NCBI GenBank assembly: GCA_965637545.1
Contig: OZ281496.1
Location: 26,722,001-26,786,000 of the forward strand
Direction of reading: 5' to 3'
Length of the DNA: 64,000 bases
Origin: Phallusia mammillata
Lineage: Eukaryota
The translations under genes were made by a program, and so were the position numbers. Below are positions 1 to 13,300 of this stretch, in pieces (positions within the stretch are counted from its first letter, which is position 1; each line of letters opens with the position of its first letter). Below the pieces are notes generated by a model, which ran no database searches, was not told the origin of the DNA, and saw nothing but the letters and a program-made list of their open reading frames with translations.

Positions 1-3000
1 GAAACTCAACACACGATACTAAATCTAGTCCGCTTTTAGTCTTTCGCCCAGGCTAATAGCCAATAGTAGTGACATGCCATACACAGAGTGCAACATGCCA
101 AATCAGCATGCAAAACTGTTATCCTTATTATACCAAAGATGAACGACTTACTCCAGAGTTGCAACTAATTACGAAGGGAAGAACGTAAAAACCAAGAAAA
201 CTTAACTTCATTCGGTTTGGCATCAATTTCAATCTTGGCTCTACACGACTCTGGCTGCCGTCTAAAAACAAAACAAAAGTGGTACAAGAAACTTAACACA
301 GCATTTAATTTAACTATCACTATAAGCATTATATTGCATGCAAAGATGGGGTATGTGCCTGTAACACCTTCACATGTTATTAAATTAATCTAGACGATTA
401 TTATTTCAATTTACAGAAAACATTTACATGCCTATTTGCTTGTTGTAGTTACTTTCACGTTTCGTGCCTTTTAACTGTTAGATTGGATGCTCAAAAGTAC
501 CAACAAATCCTAAAAACAAACCATTATCAATAACAACACTTTGTAAGGTTATTTTGCAAAACAAACCTTGTTGATAAGTTTGCTTATACATTGACACTAA
601 ATTATATACTTACAACAACAGAATTGCCTGGCTTGAACATCCACCTTCAACGTGAGCAGCAAAAAATGACAGCAGTTGTTTACCTACATCTAACATGTCT
701 GCACATAAACCGGATTCATCCAATGGCTTCACACGTTTCGATGCTTTGTAGAAACTTGAACAAACGTCTGCAACAAAACTTACAGCAGCATTGATGTTCA
801 AACCCGATTAAGACAAAACTACATTTAATTTAATATTGTTATCGTCACCAAGTTTTATTACGCTTAAGGATAGTCAAAGCACAAGTGACATGCCAAAAAT
901 AAAGTGCAACATACCAAGCATGCAAAGTTGAAATCCTTTGAAAGTTGACAACTAGTATAATTACTTTAATAATAGCCAACTTAACTTCAATCGGTTTGTC
1001 TTCAATATCTATCTTGGCTCTGCGCGACGCTTGTCAACAGAATATAACCCATTTCAGCATCATTTCAGCGGGAACTAAACGAATAAAAAACACGCGTTTT
1101 GTTTGAAAAGATACTAAAAAGAGTTATGGCTACTGACCCTGTATTGCACTAACCTGCTGCGAAGGATTTAAATGTTAATGGATTCTGCAAGACAAAACAG
1201 GTCGAAGGTTCTAAAGGGGAAAAATAACAATAAGTATCCTAAGCATGCGGTATAAAGCGCTATGCATAGTACTAAACCTAGTTTACTACTAATCTTTTAT
1301 TCGTGCCGATGCTGACAATCTGGAAGTGAGGACACACGTGACATGCATAACATGAAGTGCAACATGCCAAACCTTCATGCACTTAGATATACTAAAACTT
1401 AACAACTATAGTTCTTTCATTAACTGTGAGTCATAGAAAAGGGAAGCCATTTGAGCTATGAAAAACTTAAAAATCAATTGAACTTAACTTGAATCTGTTC
1501 GAAGTCAATCTTGGTTCTCCTCTGAGTAGTCGATTCATGTCTTGTTGACTACCTGTAAAAAGAAAAGCAGAAGCACGGCCCGAAAACTGAATCCAAAAGC
1601 TCCTTGTTCATGTGCTAAAACATGTAAATATGCGAAGACAGTATAAGTGCACGCTACACTGTCTTCCCGTTTTCGAACATAGTAATCACATTATCAGAAC
1701 TTGCGTTTTTATCACGAAAATTCGCCGAGCAATGCACTTCTACCAATACCGCCAAACGAATAGTCACGCAAAAACACATGACATGCAAAAAACGAAGTGC
1801 AACATACTCAAGCACATGCTAGCTATTCGGATGAACACGGTAGAAGAGCTAACTTTAATTCATTGTTTGTGCCACACTATTTGCACGAGGGTTTACTTAC
1901 ACTGCTGCCTTCCTTATCTGTGCCAAAACGTATAGCTGCGGTTTGTGACGGAAATCTGAAACAAAATCAGCAATTGTTCAAACAAATATAAACAAGCCAT
2001 TTTAATAGCCAGAGAAGCTCAAAATGGTTCACTTACACATTTATCGTAGGTTTTTATTGAATTATATTTAACTCATAATTATTCTTGTTATCAATGTTTT
2101 CTAAAAATTACTAGTCTTAACTTACATGCAGTGTCAGCCAATATCTATTATGTGTATCTGTTTGCTCAGTCTGAAAAAAGTTTTATATTGTAGACATATT
2201 AGTATATTAGAATGGTTGCTCTTTCGTATATAAAGTTGAAACTAGTCTAAAAATTAGTTACCTCCAATTCAAAGACTTTGTTCCTAATAGTCGTAGATAC
2301 TGGCCGTCGCGTTCCAAGGTAAACTGTATGAAAGAAAGAAACAAACAGCAGAGACAGAAACGAATAAAAACTTGTAATGGTACATTAACACGTGCCAATA
2401 TATTATATGCGAAGACAGTATAAGTGCACGTTACCCTGTCTTGTCCTTAACCTAACTACATTACCAAAACTTAAATTTAAACCGTAAGAAACGTACGTTA
2501 ATTTGTTTTGTAAATTTGCTAAATGCGCACTTTTACCGATGCCGACAAACGAACAGTTAGCCCAAAACACATGACATGCAAAAAAATAAAGTACAACATG
2601 CTCAAGCACGGGCTACCTATTCGTATCAACATGGTAAAAGTGTTAGTTTTAAACTTGCTATCCATGTCAATATTTGCACGGGCCGACTTGTAACTGTACA
2701 GGGTATACATGTCCGTTGTTTTTACCACATATTTTAATAAACTCTTCAACGCTTTTGTGTAAAAAAGTTCACTTACATTGTTGCCTTCCGTATCTGTGTC
2801 AAAATGTAGGAGCGGTTGGTGACCGAAATCTGAAACAAAATTAACAATAGTTTAATGATAAAAAATAAATTAAAACGAACCATTCAACATACAGAAAAGC
2901 TGAAACTCTTGTAAGGAACAAGTTACCTTAAATTCGAAGGAGTTGTTCCTTGTATCTTACAAATCAGTTCCTTCTCGGCACACAAAAGACCGTCGCTCTT

Positions 3001-3600
3001 TTGATTCGTACTGTATGAAAATAAACACAGCAGAGACAGAAACTCGTAGAAAAATTAAAGCTACTTTTTCAGGCGCTAAAATATTTCAACATGCAAAGAC
3101 AGAATTAGTGCATGTTACACTGTCTTCCCATAATCGATAATAAGTTAAAAAGGGTTTGTATACATTTACACCAACCCCACATAACAAAGTTATCGCTGCC
3201 GCTATGACTTAAACGTCACCAGAAACAACGACTTACTCATTTTTGTAAGTCGTAATGAAAATTTGCCACTTAACAATCATTCGAATTTCCAAAACGTAAA
3301 TTTGTGCTATTTGTTTGAAAAAATTCGCCAGTTAGTGCACTTCTACCAATGTCGACAAACAAATAGTTACCCAACAAAAATAACATGCATAAATGAAGTG
3401 CAACATGCTCAAGCACCGGGCTAGCTATTCGCATCAACATGGTAGAAGTGTAAACTTTTATTCGCTATTTGCATTGGCCTCCAAAGGTTTTGTAACTGAA
3501 CAAAACACTTTTAAAAAATAAGTAAGAACAATAGCATTACCTGTACGCTCTCCGTTCAACACAACATCCTCCGGCAAGAGTCACCAGAAAAGAATGAGGC
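1..3600 (-). ncRNA. 5' part of a multi-exon, apparently non-coding (or long 5'UTR) transcription unit made of duplicated exon-intron modules; continues off the left edge
   Basis: Candidate minus-strand exons with AG/GT borders: about 3600-3541 (CAG|GTAATG), 3010-2927, 2829-2777, 2323-2262, 2170-2126, 1955-1901, 1552-1489, 1074-986, 261-207. Paralogous exons differ by non-triplet lengths (53 vs 55 nt; 84 vs 62 nt), and joining exons 1-3 by hand gives stops. Confidence 0.55.
69..3450 (-). repeat. Six degenerate copies of an intronic core (GCATG...TTGCACTT...GCATGTC) at 69-111, 885-923, 1338-1380, 1777-1820, 2570-2612 and 3382-3418, each within an imperfect hairpin
   Basis: Direct alignment of the six cores. 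The flanking inverted repeats are cacttctacc/ggtagaag (1735-1846), cacttttacc/ggtaaaagtg (2528-2642) and cacttctacca/tggtagaagtg (3338-3450). Confidence 0.85.
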
Positions 3601-3649
3601 AACGCACGCAAGCAAGAAGTGTGACATCCCCTTTTTCTCTTTTTCCCCC

Positions 3650-3815
3650 TCGACCAATCAGAGCTCTTGTCTAAAAAAACGTCACAGGGGCGGTCTTAAA
3701 CCAACCAATAGCAAGCGTTATTGCATCAATTAGTCATTTGCGTTTGGGAGTAGGTTAATTAAATGCTGGAGGCCGAGAGTTAGAACGCCCAATGGTCAAA
3801 GGGGTATCACGTGAC
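3650..3815. promoter_or_regulatory. Housekeeping-type promoter: three CCAAT boxes, a GC box and a TCACGTGA E-box
   Basis: ccaatca about 3654, ggggcgg about 3687, ccaatag about 3705, ccaatgg about 3790, tcacgtgac about 3806. It lies between the CEP192 3' end and the first exon of the left-hand unit, which begins with an Inr-like CTCATTCTTTTC on the minus strand. Confidence 0.6.
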
Positions 3816-4336
3816 ACAGCTTTTGTAACTTGGCAAATGACCACAGCATAAACGCACGACAAAATATGCACACCAACAGACGGTGTAGCTAAAGCCCAGT
3901 TAGTGATCTATCATTTGTGCCCGACACAACTAAAAACATTACAAACGGTGTATTATTTATAAATAGAAACATACTTCCAAAAATAATACCTGTGCGGACT
4001 TTTAAAGGTGCTGACGGTTTGGGCTGTTTAAGTTGGGTGATAGTTAGTTAATTAAACAAAAAATTAATCTCGTTTCAGATATCCATTTTGGGACTTTTTT
4101 TGTCACCATATCATACAGTATCCCATGCAGAGTTTAGGACCACAACCCACAGCAAGAACCAAGATGCGGAACAAACAAATGTCAGCAAGATTACAATTAG
4201 TTTTGATATCCTTTCCTTCAAGAGAGTACGGCTTAAAGATCATCTCATTTTCACACACCAGCATAATGCAGCAGTTAAATTTATTGACAAATAACAATAT
4301 ACGAAAAAACAAAATGGTAGTCGAGATAATGATAAA

Positions 4337-7300
4337 CTAGCAAGCGGTTGCCTTCAAAGTAACATTGATGGTGTCTCCATTTTCGGTTTGTACGACAAGT
4401 GTTCCAGTAAAAGAACCAATGCTCGTTGGTTTGAATGTGATTGGAAGATTGGCACAGTGCATCGATCTGCAAAGCAAGAACGTTCAATCAGTCAGAAGCA
4501 CCCAGGTCAGTTGTTACAAAGGCTAATTTTAACCTTACAAAATTTTCATATACAGGTTTAAACGCACGTTGTTCAGATCTTTTACACCAATGTTTTAAAC
4601 ATTTTTTTACACTACGTTCTATGATAAAAAGGAGGTTGAACTATGTTTTAAAATAAAAATGCTTTTTTACACTATGTTTGCAATGAAAAGGAGTTTTTTG
4701 CCTTTAAAAAGTTGTGTCAGACTTTATAATGTTCCCTACTTCTAGACAGAAGTGTTTGCACCGACGAGAATATTTCGTTTATTATCTATGATCAGGGCCT
4801 GATCATTTGTGGACGTGCAATCGCTTATGAATTAGATCTATTCGAACTTACCGTACTGTATGCTTTAAGTGCGCAGTATGGAATGGTGGGCGAATGTTAA
4901 CAAACTTCACCTGCGACATAAAAAGACAAATGGTTACAGCATTTTCGACCAGAAGTTCTATCTTTCCAACTATAGCACCAGTTAGATTACAACTAATAGG
5001 CCTTAAAATTGTGGTAATTTTGCATACCGTCCTTGTTCCTTTTTGGACTCCCGGCAAACATGCATTACTTACAGTGTGAGCAGTTTTGCCTTTGTTTTTG
5101 ATGGGGATTTTCAGCAGTGATGACTGGCCCACCGCGGTTTTCTCGAATGTGTACGAGTTCTCGCTAATGTAGATATCGCTTCTGTGAAGAAAGTAGTATG
5201 TTCTGACATGGGCTTGAATGATTTTTGATAGTCATGGCTTTAGTGTTCAACATTTCGTTAACCCCCTATTGTTTGGTAATTTGAAACAAGTATACACGAA
5301 AAACGTGCATTTTACCTACCGCATCCTCAGCACAAAAAATATAGTCCAGTTTATCAAAATAAAAGCAGTATAAGACAGCACTGTACAAAATTCCTAGACT
5401 TGTTAATTATGTATCTGCCCTTCTCTCCGAATTTTCTTAAAGCGTCATAGTTGGGCATTGTTAAGTCACAGAAAAACGACTGTTAACGATGTTTGGGCAT
5501 GTTACGAGCGACAAAAAAATGCTTTAAAATGTGTAGTAAACGTATTCTGTAATGACATGCACAACCATGGCATTCTGCGGTGTCTAGACTTTTTAGTGTA
5601 CAACTTCAGTTAATAGTTGCAAACAGACCTAACCATACAAAACTTTAACAATGCCTGAAATTTATCAAATTAAGACGGTTTGTATCATTTGCCATTACGG
5701 TGTGTCAATTGTTATAGCCCCCACCCAGTTAACCGAATAATCTCTATACACAAGAACAAAGTAGGATAAATCCGTGATTAATTAAGCTTTAAATATCTAA
5801 GAAACATAAATGAGGTTTTTCATTCACTTGTTTGGTTTTCTGGAAGCTGACAATGGTGCAGCGGCACGTCGAGTCGAAGCTGACTTGAGGCACTGAAACA
5901 AAAGGTCAGATATCCGTTACATGATAATACTAACAGACCGAAGCCCACTGCGGTTATGTGTATTGATTCAGAAATATACCAGCTTACCTGGCCTTGTAAG
6001 GAGATCTTCGCTCGCTGAAGGGAAAGCGCAGGGCCATCAGTTACTTCATGATACTGTAAGATAAGATAAGTAAAGTTGTTACAATATTGTTTTTTTTTGT
6101 GTTTTTGTTTGACCAGGTTATAGCATTTCATGTTGCTTAGGTAATAATTTACCAGTCGCTAAACATTATACGTATTTAACGTTTATTTTTTTTTATTATA
6201 CGTTAAGAATACGTTTATATGCTAGAAACAGACAATAAAAGCGGCAAAATTTATGGTTTTTGTTTTGCAGTTTAGTTTTTTTTTTTTTTTAAAACACACA
6301 AAAAAAACATTCATTATAGTCCATGAGCTTTATTTGACATAAAGTTCATTATATTCTTCATTCACCAATCAACAAGTCGTTGAATATATTTTTAAGTTTG
6401 TAATACAAGTAACAGTTATTCAATTAGGGGCATACATTTAATCGTATTAGAGTGCGTGCTGAGCTTGGCAACTCCTACGCAAAAACAAACTACCCAATAC
6501 TAAAAATATACACGTAAAGTTGTCAAATTGTTTTAGACACAACCCCTGTAGGAATTTCTACCTCAATTTCCCAATGCTGAGTGTACATGCCCGGGTTCAT
6601 GGGGTTAAAGGTCACGGGAACCTGGATTCGAGCTCCGGGTTCGAGTCGACCTGATGAATGCGCGAATACAAAAGCGGCGTATGTCGACCTAAACATGTCA
6701 CCTGTAATGTTAAAACATGTGTTAGCTGTTTTCAAAGAAGTTAGTCCAGATGTAAATGCGTTTGTTACAAAAAAAGTGATAATTTAAACCGCAAATAAAT
6801 ATAACGTTATAATGAGTCAACTTCTAATTCTTCTAGCTTCTGTATTTAAGTCGTTTCTCTGCCCTAATAAAGTAGACCTCTTCACACACAACTGATTACA
6901 AATGAAGTTTTACCGGCAATATCCTCGTTTATGAATTTTAAGTTGAAATAGTCAATTCTGTGCTAATAATTTACATACGTACATACACACATATATACAG
7001 GGTAGCAATACCGTCCTTATTTTCGGCTCCATGTCAGCCGTACATATATATGCTTGTAAACGATCTGGGTCGCGCTGGTGTCCATTTTACGAAAAATTTA
7101 AAATTATTTCGTTTAAAAACATGTGATTTTGTTAAGGGGGGTTTATTGCAAACAAGGGGTTACTGCACAGGGGTATATTTCACAGTGAAAATAAATAGAA
7201 ACAAGTGTCATACCAGAGGAGTCTGCGTTCTTCACATAAGCTGGAGCAAATGACGTCAAAACCCATTTTGTGTCGCGTTTGGACATGTTCCGAAACTCCA

Positions 7301-10300
7301 AGTGCGATTCTAAACAATAAACACATGTATTGTAAAAGGTACACGGAACAAATATTAAAGCTGTATCAGTTTTTGTGTAGTTTTTGCCAACCGAAGCTTA
7401 TGTCACTTACCAAACTGTAATTAAAGGTGTAAGCTGTTGCAGCCAGGCATAATATCAACATTGTAGAGCTCTTCTGGCAATTTTTATGCCAAAAAGGATT
7501 GTTTATCGTGCACTGTACTCTTTTACCCTAAAGAAGGCGAATTGTATGGGACTTTGTAACGTTGGTATGAAAATACAATTGCCAGAAAAGCTCTATAAAG
7601 TAGTAGCTAAAGGTGTTCCATTGTTAACGTTTACCACAAACAAATACAAAAATCTACTCACTTCCACTTGCTCCTGCAGCAACGTCATCAAAATCGACCA
7701 CGTGACTTGTAACGCGCAAGAGCGGCGGTTGTGGTGCAGGGAGTGAAGCGCACTCGTCGGAAGAGATCCCGCTCGTCCGTGATGAGGGAAGGGAATCGGA
7801 TTCTGGCTCTTCCTCGCTCTTGATCTGAAGATGGATGACCCTAGTGTTGTCTGAACCACCGGGACCCGAACCCGTAGCAACCACCATGGCTTGACCACAC
7901 CAGGGCAAGAGCTCTTTGTGTCCGGCTAGGGAAGGGTTTGCGCTAATAAGGAGGACTGATGCAGATCTAAGGATAAAGAATACAGAAGTTATTATGATCT
8001 GTCATTAGAACGTGGTATAGGATTTTAACTGGTGCATTTGGTTACATAATTAAAACACACACGTTTCCTATTGATTTTCTTTATACTTTAGTAAAGAAAG
8101 CCAACTCAATTTTCGCTGAGCTGCATCATTAAAGGACTCATGCTTACAATTATAGTAAAGAGCTTTGACTCAAATTCAACCAGTAATTGATCCAACAAGC
8201 GGTACCATGTTCTTTATGGATATAAATTCAACTTAATGTATAAAACACAAAAGAGTCGTACATTAAGTGTTTAAAACGGTACCAGCAAATATCTGCAATG
8301 CTACTTGGTAAAGCTCTAAAAAGTAGGTATCCATGAGCCCAGATATAAAGCATGTACTCGGTACCGAGTATAGGCAAATACTCGGTGTAATACTCGGTCA
8401 GAATGACTGTTATCAGCCACTTACTCTGGTTCTACTCGGCCTCTGTTCGGAGTTATGGTCAAATAGTGTCCTGGCCATACCACGTCATATACCAACGAGG
8501 CCATCGACCGGTTCACAATCTTAACACGACTTGCTTCTGGAACACCAAGTCTTCCCGAACCCTTCGATGGGGGCGTGGCTAGCGTTAAGTGGGCGGGGCT
8601 GACGTCCCAGTTGAGCGCAAATGACGAATCTTTTGTGACTTCGGCGGATTGTGCAGGTTTTATTGGCATCTGGAGGATAAAGAAAAAAATGACACTATCA
8701 CTTAATTTTATATAATGCTTTACGGTTATTTTATTGAGTTATTAACTGAAATAAAACAGTTTGTTTCTTCTGTAGGCCTACCGTTATTAGCTGAGTTAGT
8801 AAACTGTTTTTACGATATTTTAGGACAACATACAAAAAGTACAGGAACAGCTATGACCATTTCTTTTAATTTCATGCCATTTTGTAACTTTCTTTCATTT
8901 TATACAGCGATAACAGTTCTGTGCGACATAATGCGAATAAAATGCGTTTTATCAAACAAACGGAACATCAAAACGGTAGTTATATAGTTGTTGTCAAATG
9001 GATTACAAGTTTACACATGTATCTCATAGCAACGAGTAACCATTAAGCCGTTCTTGTTACATCAATTCTAGTGTTCTTGGTCTTTACCTGACTTCTTGAT
9101 GTTAACTTCGACAGCAGATACTGAACGTCGCGTTCAGCCTCACTGGGTCGTTGCTCAGCAACGGGTTTCGCGGCTTTGGATTGGTTAGAACCGGTCAAAG
9201 AGAGTAAATCAGGTCGCGGTTTAGGAGCAATGATCTTTATGTAAAATAATACAAACACACGACGTTTAACGGTTAAAATGTACAAGAATATGGGATGGAA
9301 GTTAAATCTGTTGTCTTACCTCGATAACTGATTGCCGAATGTTGGAGTAAAAAATTTGGACGTCGAAAGAATGAGGCTCGTGATCTTTTAAGTCTTCTTC
9401 AGCGTTTGAATCTGCGAGATAATAAAAAGTAGTTACTGCGCATTTTCACAGTTGATAGTGCAGCTGAATTTAGAACATAAACAAGTAGGATCATAGTTAA
9501 AGTCGGACCGGAATTTTTGGTCGGAGACGGACTTAACTTTAATAAACTGGCTTGATACGAGCCGGACTTACAAACCAAATTAGGCCAAATTTGTTTCTTA
9601 TTTTCATCTGGTAAAATTTTAATCTAACATTCGGGGATTTGCGTAAAAAACAATGTTAGGTGCTCTAAAGACAGAGAAAAAAGTGTGAAAGTTTTAAGCA
9701 TAATCAACTAGGATTTGTACCTTCTCCTTCAAAGATGCCATCAAATGGAACAGATCTCAGATGTGCAAAGGATTGAGGGACGTATCTGTTCACCAATGCA
9801 GCAGCCGACGGTTGTTTGCGCAATGTTATCTTTAGTGCTTGTCTCGCTAGTTCGTCACCATTCCTACGCCACAAGGAAATTAAATAAACAATACTATGTA
9901 CATGTAGTAGTGGTTTTCAAAGAATGTGTAGCTCTAGTGTCGGCATAATAATAGATTCAAACGCTGAAGAAGACTTAAAAGAGAATCATGTGTCGAATTT
10001 CGTCAGGTACAAATAAGTGATAAAAAAATTACCTAAATTTCAGTAAACAAAAAAAAGAGAAATAAAAGTGTATTCGAAACGTTTCGGCAGTTCATGAAAA
10101 GAACATGTATTTTTAACGGATTTGCTTCATCCTTAACATTTTGCATCATTTCGATGTGATGGGTTTCAGGCACAACAAACGCACCAAATGCTCAAGAAGT
10201 AGGACTTTGTCGATTCTGCGTCCGATGAGCGAACAGCGATCTTACGACTTTGGCGCTCTTGCAAAACGAACTGCTTCGGATGACACGTGATTTCTGACGT

Positions 10301-13300
10301 CACCAGCTTACAAGTCGAGTCTCTGTTGAAACCAAAAAGTATTAAGAGGTTTTATATGCATGCTTATCGAAATATATATATATGCTTAGCTTTCCTTAAA
10401 GTCCTGTTATGTTTAAATTTAACTACATAGAAGGTTTCCATCATATTGATAGACAAAAGTTATGGTTATTATCAATAAAGTAGTGCAATAATGGCATTCA
10501 CAAGGTTGCAGATTCGTGGTCTACGTGAAACTTGGACCATTTTTTTCACTTACTCGTAGACGACGATCTTCACAAATGCCATTCTGCTGCCTGTGTTTCG
10601 CAAGATGAAATTATCTCCATCTAGAAATCGACAATTGAGTATTTTTTACACACAAGTCTTTTATGAATGAGTCCATAATCAGTAATCATGCACTTTTACT
10701 GGACTATAGCAAATCTTATGTCTAAAACCACGAAGCAAAACACGTCAATAAAAACAACGAGCAAATATATTGTAAAGAATTAAACATAAATCAATGTTGG
10801 TTTGACATGATTTAAGTCTTCTATACACCTTTTTGCCATAACAACGTTTGTATCAATCGCTCGGCAGTTAAATAGGAATAGAAAAGAAATTGGTAGTTGT
10901 TGTTCTGAATTACTAGTTGATGGATGCAAAAAATACGGAATAATGAATCAATTATTTCTTACTTGTATTTCTGGTTTTTGTGTTCAGGGCAAAAACTTCA
11001 GGACGGTGGTTGTTGTGTAGGGGAATCCGCTCGGTATCAGAGAGCTCGAGACCTTCCACTGATATTTTGCTTTTACCTCCGTAACCACTCAGCGGAATCG
11101 TGTACTTGGTTGCTGGTAAATCGTCTGCAAATGCGACAAAATGGTTTTTTTACCAGGATAGCTTAATATAAAAGTATTTTGTAGATACCATGAAAGGTTG
11201 GCTACAGACAGTGCTACACTGTTTCGATGATCAGGAAGCTCAGTGGTTAAATTAAACTCAGATAGCTGAATTATTAACTGCACCGAATACTTAACAATGC
11301 AAGAAATAGATCAAAGTTAAGAATTTGGACTGAAAACTTCAGTTTGGAGTTGGTGTGATAAACATTTCGCGGCATACTTTAAAATGTTTCGGGGCCAACA
11401 GTTTGAGAGTTCGTGTTTTTTTTTCACGCCAGAAATACTTATGTAAGCCATTCACGGTTTTAAAACCTTACACAAGAAAGAAATGAGTCAACGAAGCATC
11501 ACATTTTTGACAGCTCTCATTTTTACCAGAAGAAACTGAGAAGTTTTTATGAAACTATAGGAGACCGTTCTTACCGACTGGGGTCTTCACTTCGAGTTTA
11601 GCATGGACCATCTTCTGCCGGGATGGAGCAAAAAGAATATTCACAGCTTTGTCTTGTCCCGGTGTAATCATCATATCACACCGGGCAGAGAGCTCGTCAC
11701 ATCCTGTCTCTGACGTAACAATCTGAAAAATAACATGACTCATCAACATCACAGCAATAAATACCCACCAAAAAAGCTGACTCAGCAAATTTCTTTACCT
11801 GGAAACTGTTAGTGTTGTCTCCTTTTATCGACGCCCGAAATGAGAACGGGTTTTCACATGGACCACTTCTGAGCATGAGTTTTTGACGCATGGACTCACC
11901 GATGGCCACGCCACCCCATCGCAAGCGTGTTTTATTTGTCAGTAAGCTGGTAGGAGCCGCGGAGGCAATGGAAGTGCGAACTGGTTTGTCGGCTAACGAG
12001 CCCGAGACTTTGACTTCAAACTGCGGGCCAGACGGAAGGATCTGTATTTAAGCAAAGGATTTAGCGAAAAGGAGACATACATTTCTTTTGAAAGATTCGA
12101 ATAGGGATTGGTTTAATTTATGGGTCCAAAACGACACATGAACTTAGAAATGCGTCTCGCACGCAAAACAAGAGCATCAGGTTTATGAATTTGTCATAGT
12201 AACGTGACATACGTTTTGCATGCCTCAGGAAAGACCAACACAACAAGCACAATGGACAATAATATACAATTGGTGCGCTGAACAAGGCGGTTTAGGGCTG
12301 TTTGACATTAGGCCAAGTCCAGCAACTGGCTTCTTAACTATGATTAAATTTATTCAAACAAATCCTGACACAAAGTGTAAATCAGGTCCGAGTCAAGCCC
12401 GGTTTTATGAAGAAACCTAAGCACGAACCAGTCCGGAAAAGCCCAACTCTGTGTTACATGATGCATTATATTACAGTGCTATGTCAAATCAATCTTTTTC
12501 CATCCAGTTCTAACAAGAAATTTGACAGTTTTTTCAACTTTACGGCACTTACGTTCATCAGCACAAGGGTTGAAACAGCTTCTCCACCAGGTTTAAGTTG
12601 TGTGTCATGAGGAGGTGTGAACTCGACAGTGAGCTCAATGTCGCCACCTGGTGGAAGTACTGCACTCGTGGGAGTCACTTTGAAATGGTCGCTGTGAGAT
12701 TGGACCAGAAATTCGACTTGTACTGTTATATTGCCGGCGTTCTTCACCGGAAAGGATCTGTTCTGTTTTGAGCCTGTTAATAGAAAAGTCGTCAATTGGG
12801 GTTACTACAGGTCAAAAAAGTTGCCAGTCACATAAGGTCAAAATTATTTAATCATTAAAAAAGTATCAAAACTGGGTGTATAGTGTCCGACTACCCAAAG
12901 CATATATTAATTAATTGTACCAAGCCGTTCTGACAACTGGGCTAAAGTTGCTTAAAACCTATGGTATTAAAACAATTGTTTAAGCCTTATAAGGTCACTT
13001 TCTATCGTTCTTTCATCACCAACCGCATGAATTATGTTTTAAATCTTTGCATCTTTTCTTTATCCTATATCCATTTAATGAAGCATTTCCAATTATCTTC
13101 CCAAAATTAATATACCATGCTAACGGTGCAGTAATCCAAATTTCACTTTGTAAACACATATTCCAAATACCTTTGGACGTTGAAAAACACAAGGCTTGCT
13201 GGCTTCTTGGTGCATGTAGTTTTCCCACACCCAGTAGAGCGCTCACTACAATCGAATCAAGCGCAGTTTGGACTTGTGATGACCCACTACCACTCTCCTG

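Noticed and set aside
69-3418. Paired CATG motifs read as p53 response elements
   Set aside because: Half-sites are about 11 bp apart and imperfect, and two copies have CATA, which breaks CWWG. The invariant base gives GCAUG on the transcribed strand and the motifs sit in covarying hairpins, which fits an RNA element better. Not fully excluded.
2403-3445. Signal-peptide-like short ORFs through the repeat cores (e.g. MLEHVVLYFF, MLMRIASPVLEHVAL)
   Set aside because: The reading frame differs between copies because of 1-bp indels, so there is no conserved ORF.
3338-3450. U1 snRNA, Y RNA, SRP or H/ACA snoRNA identity for the hairpin
   Set aside because: No 5' ACUUACC, Sm site, H/ACA boxes at the correct spacing or Y-RNA stem. 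Only short word matches.
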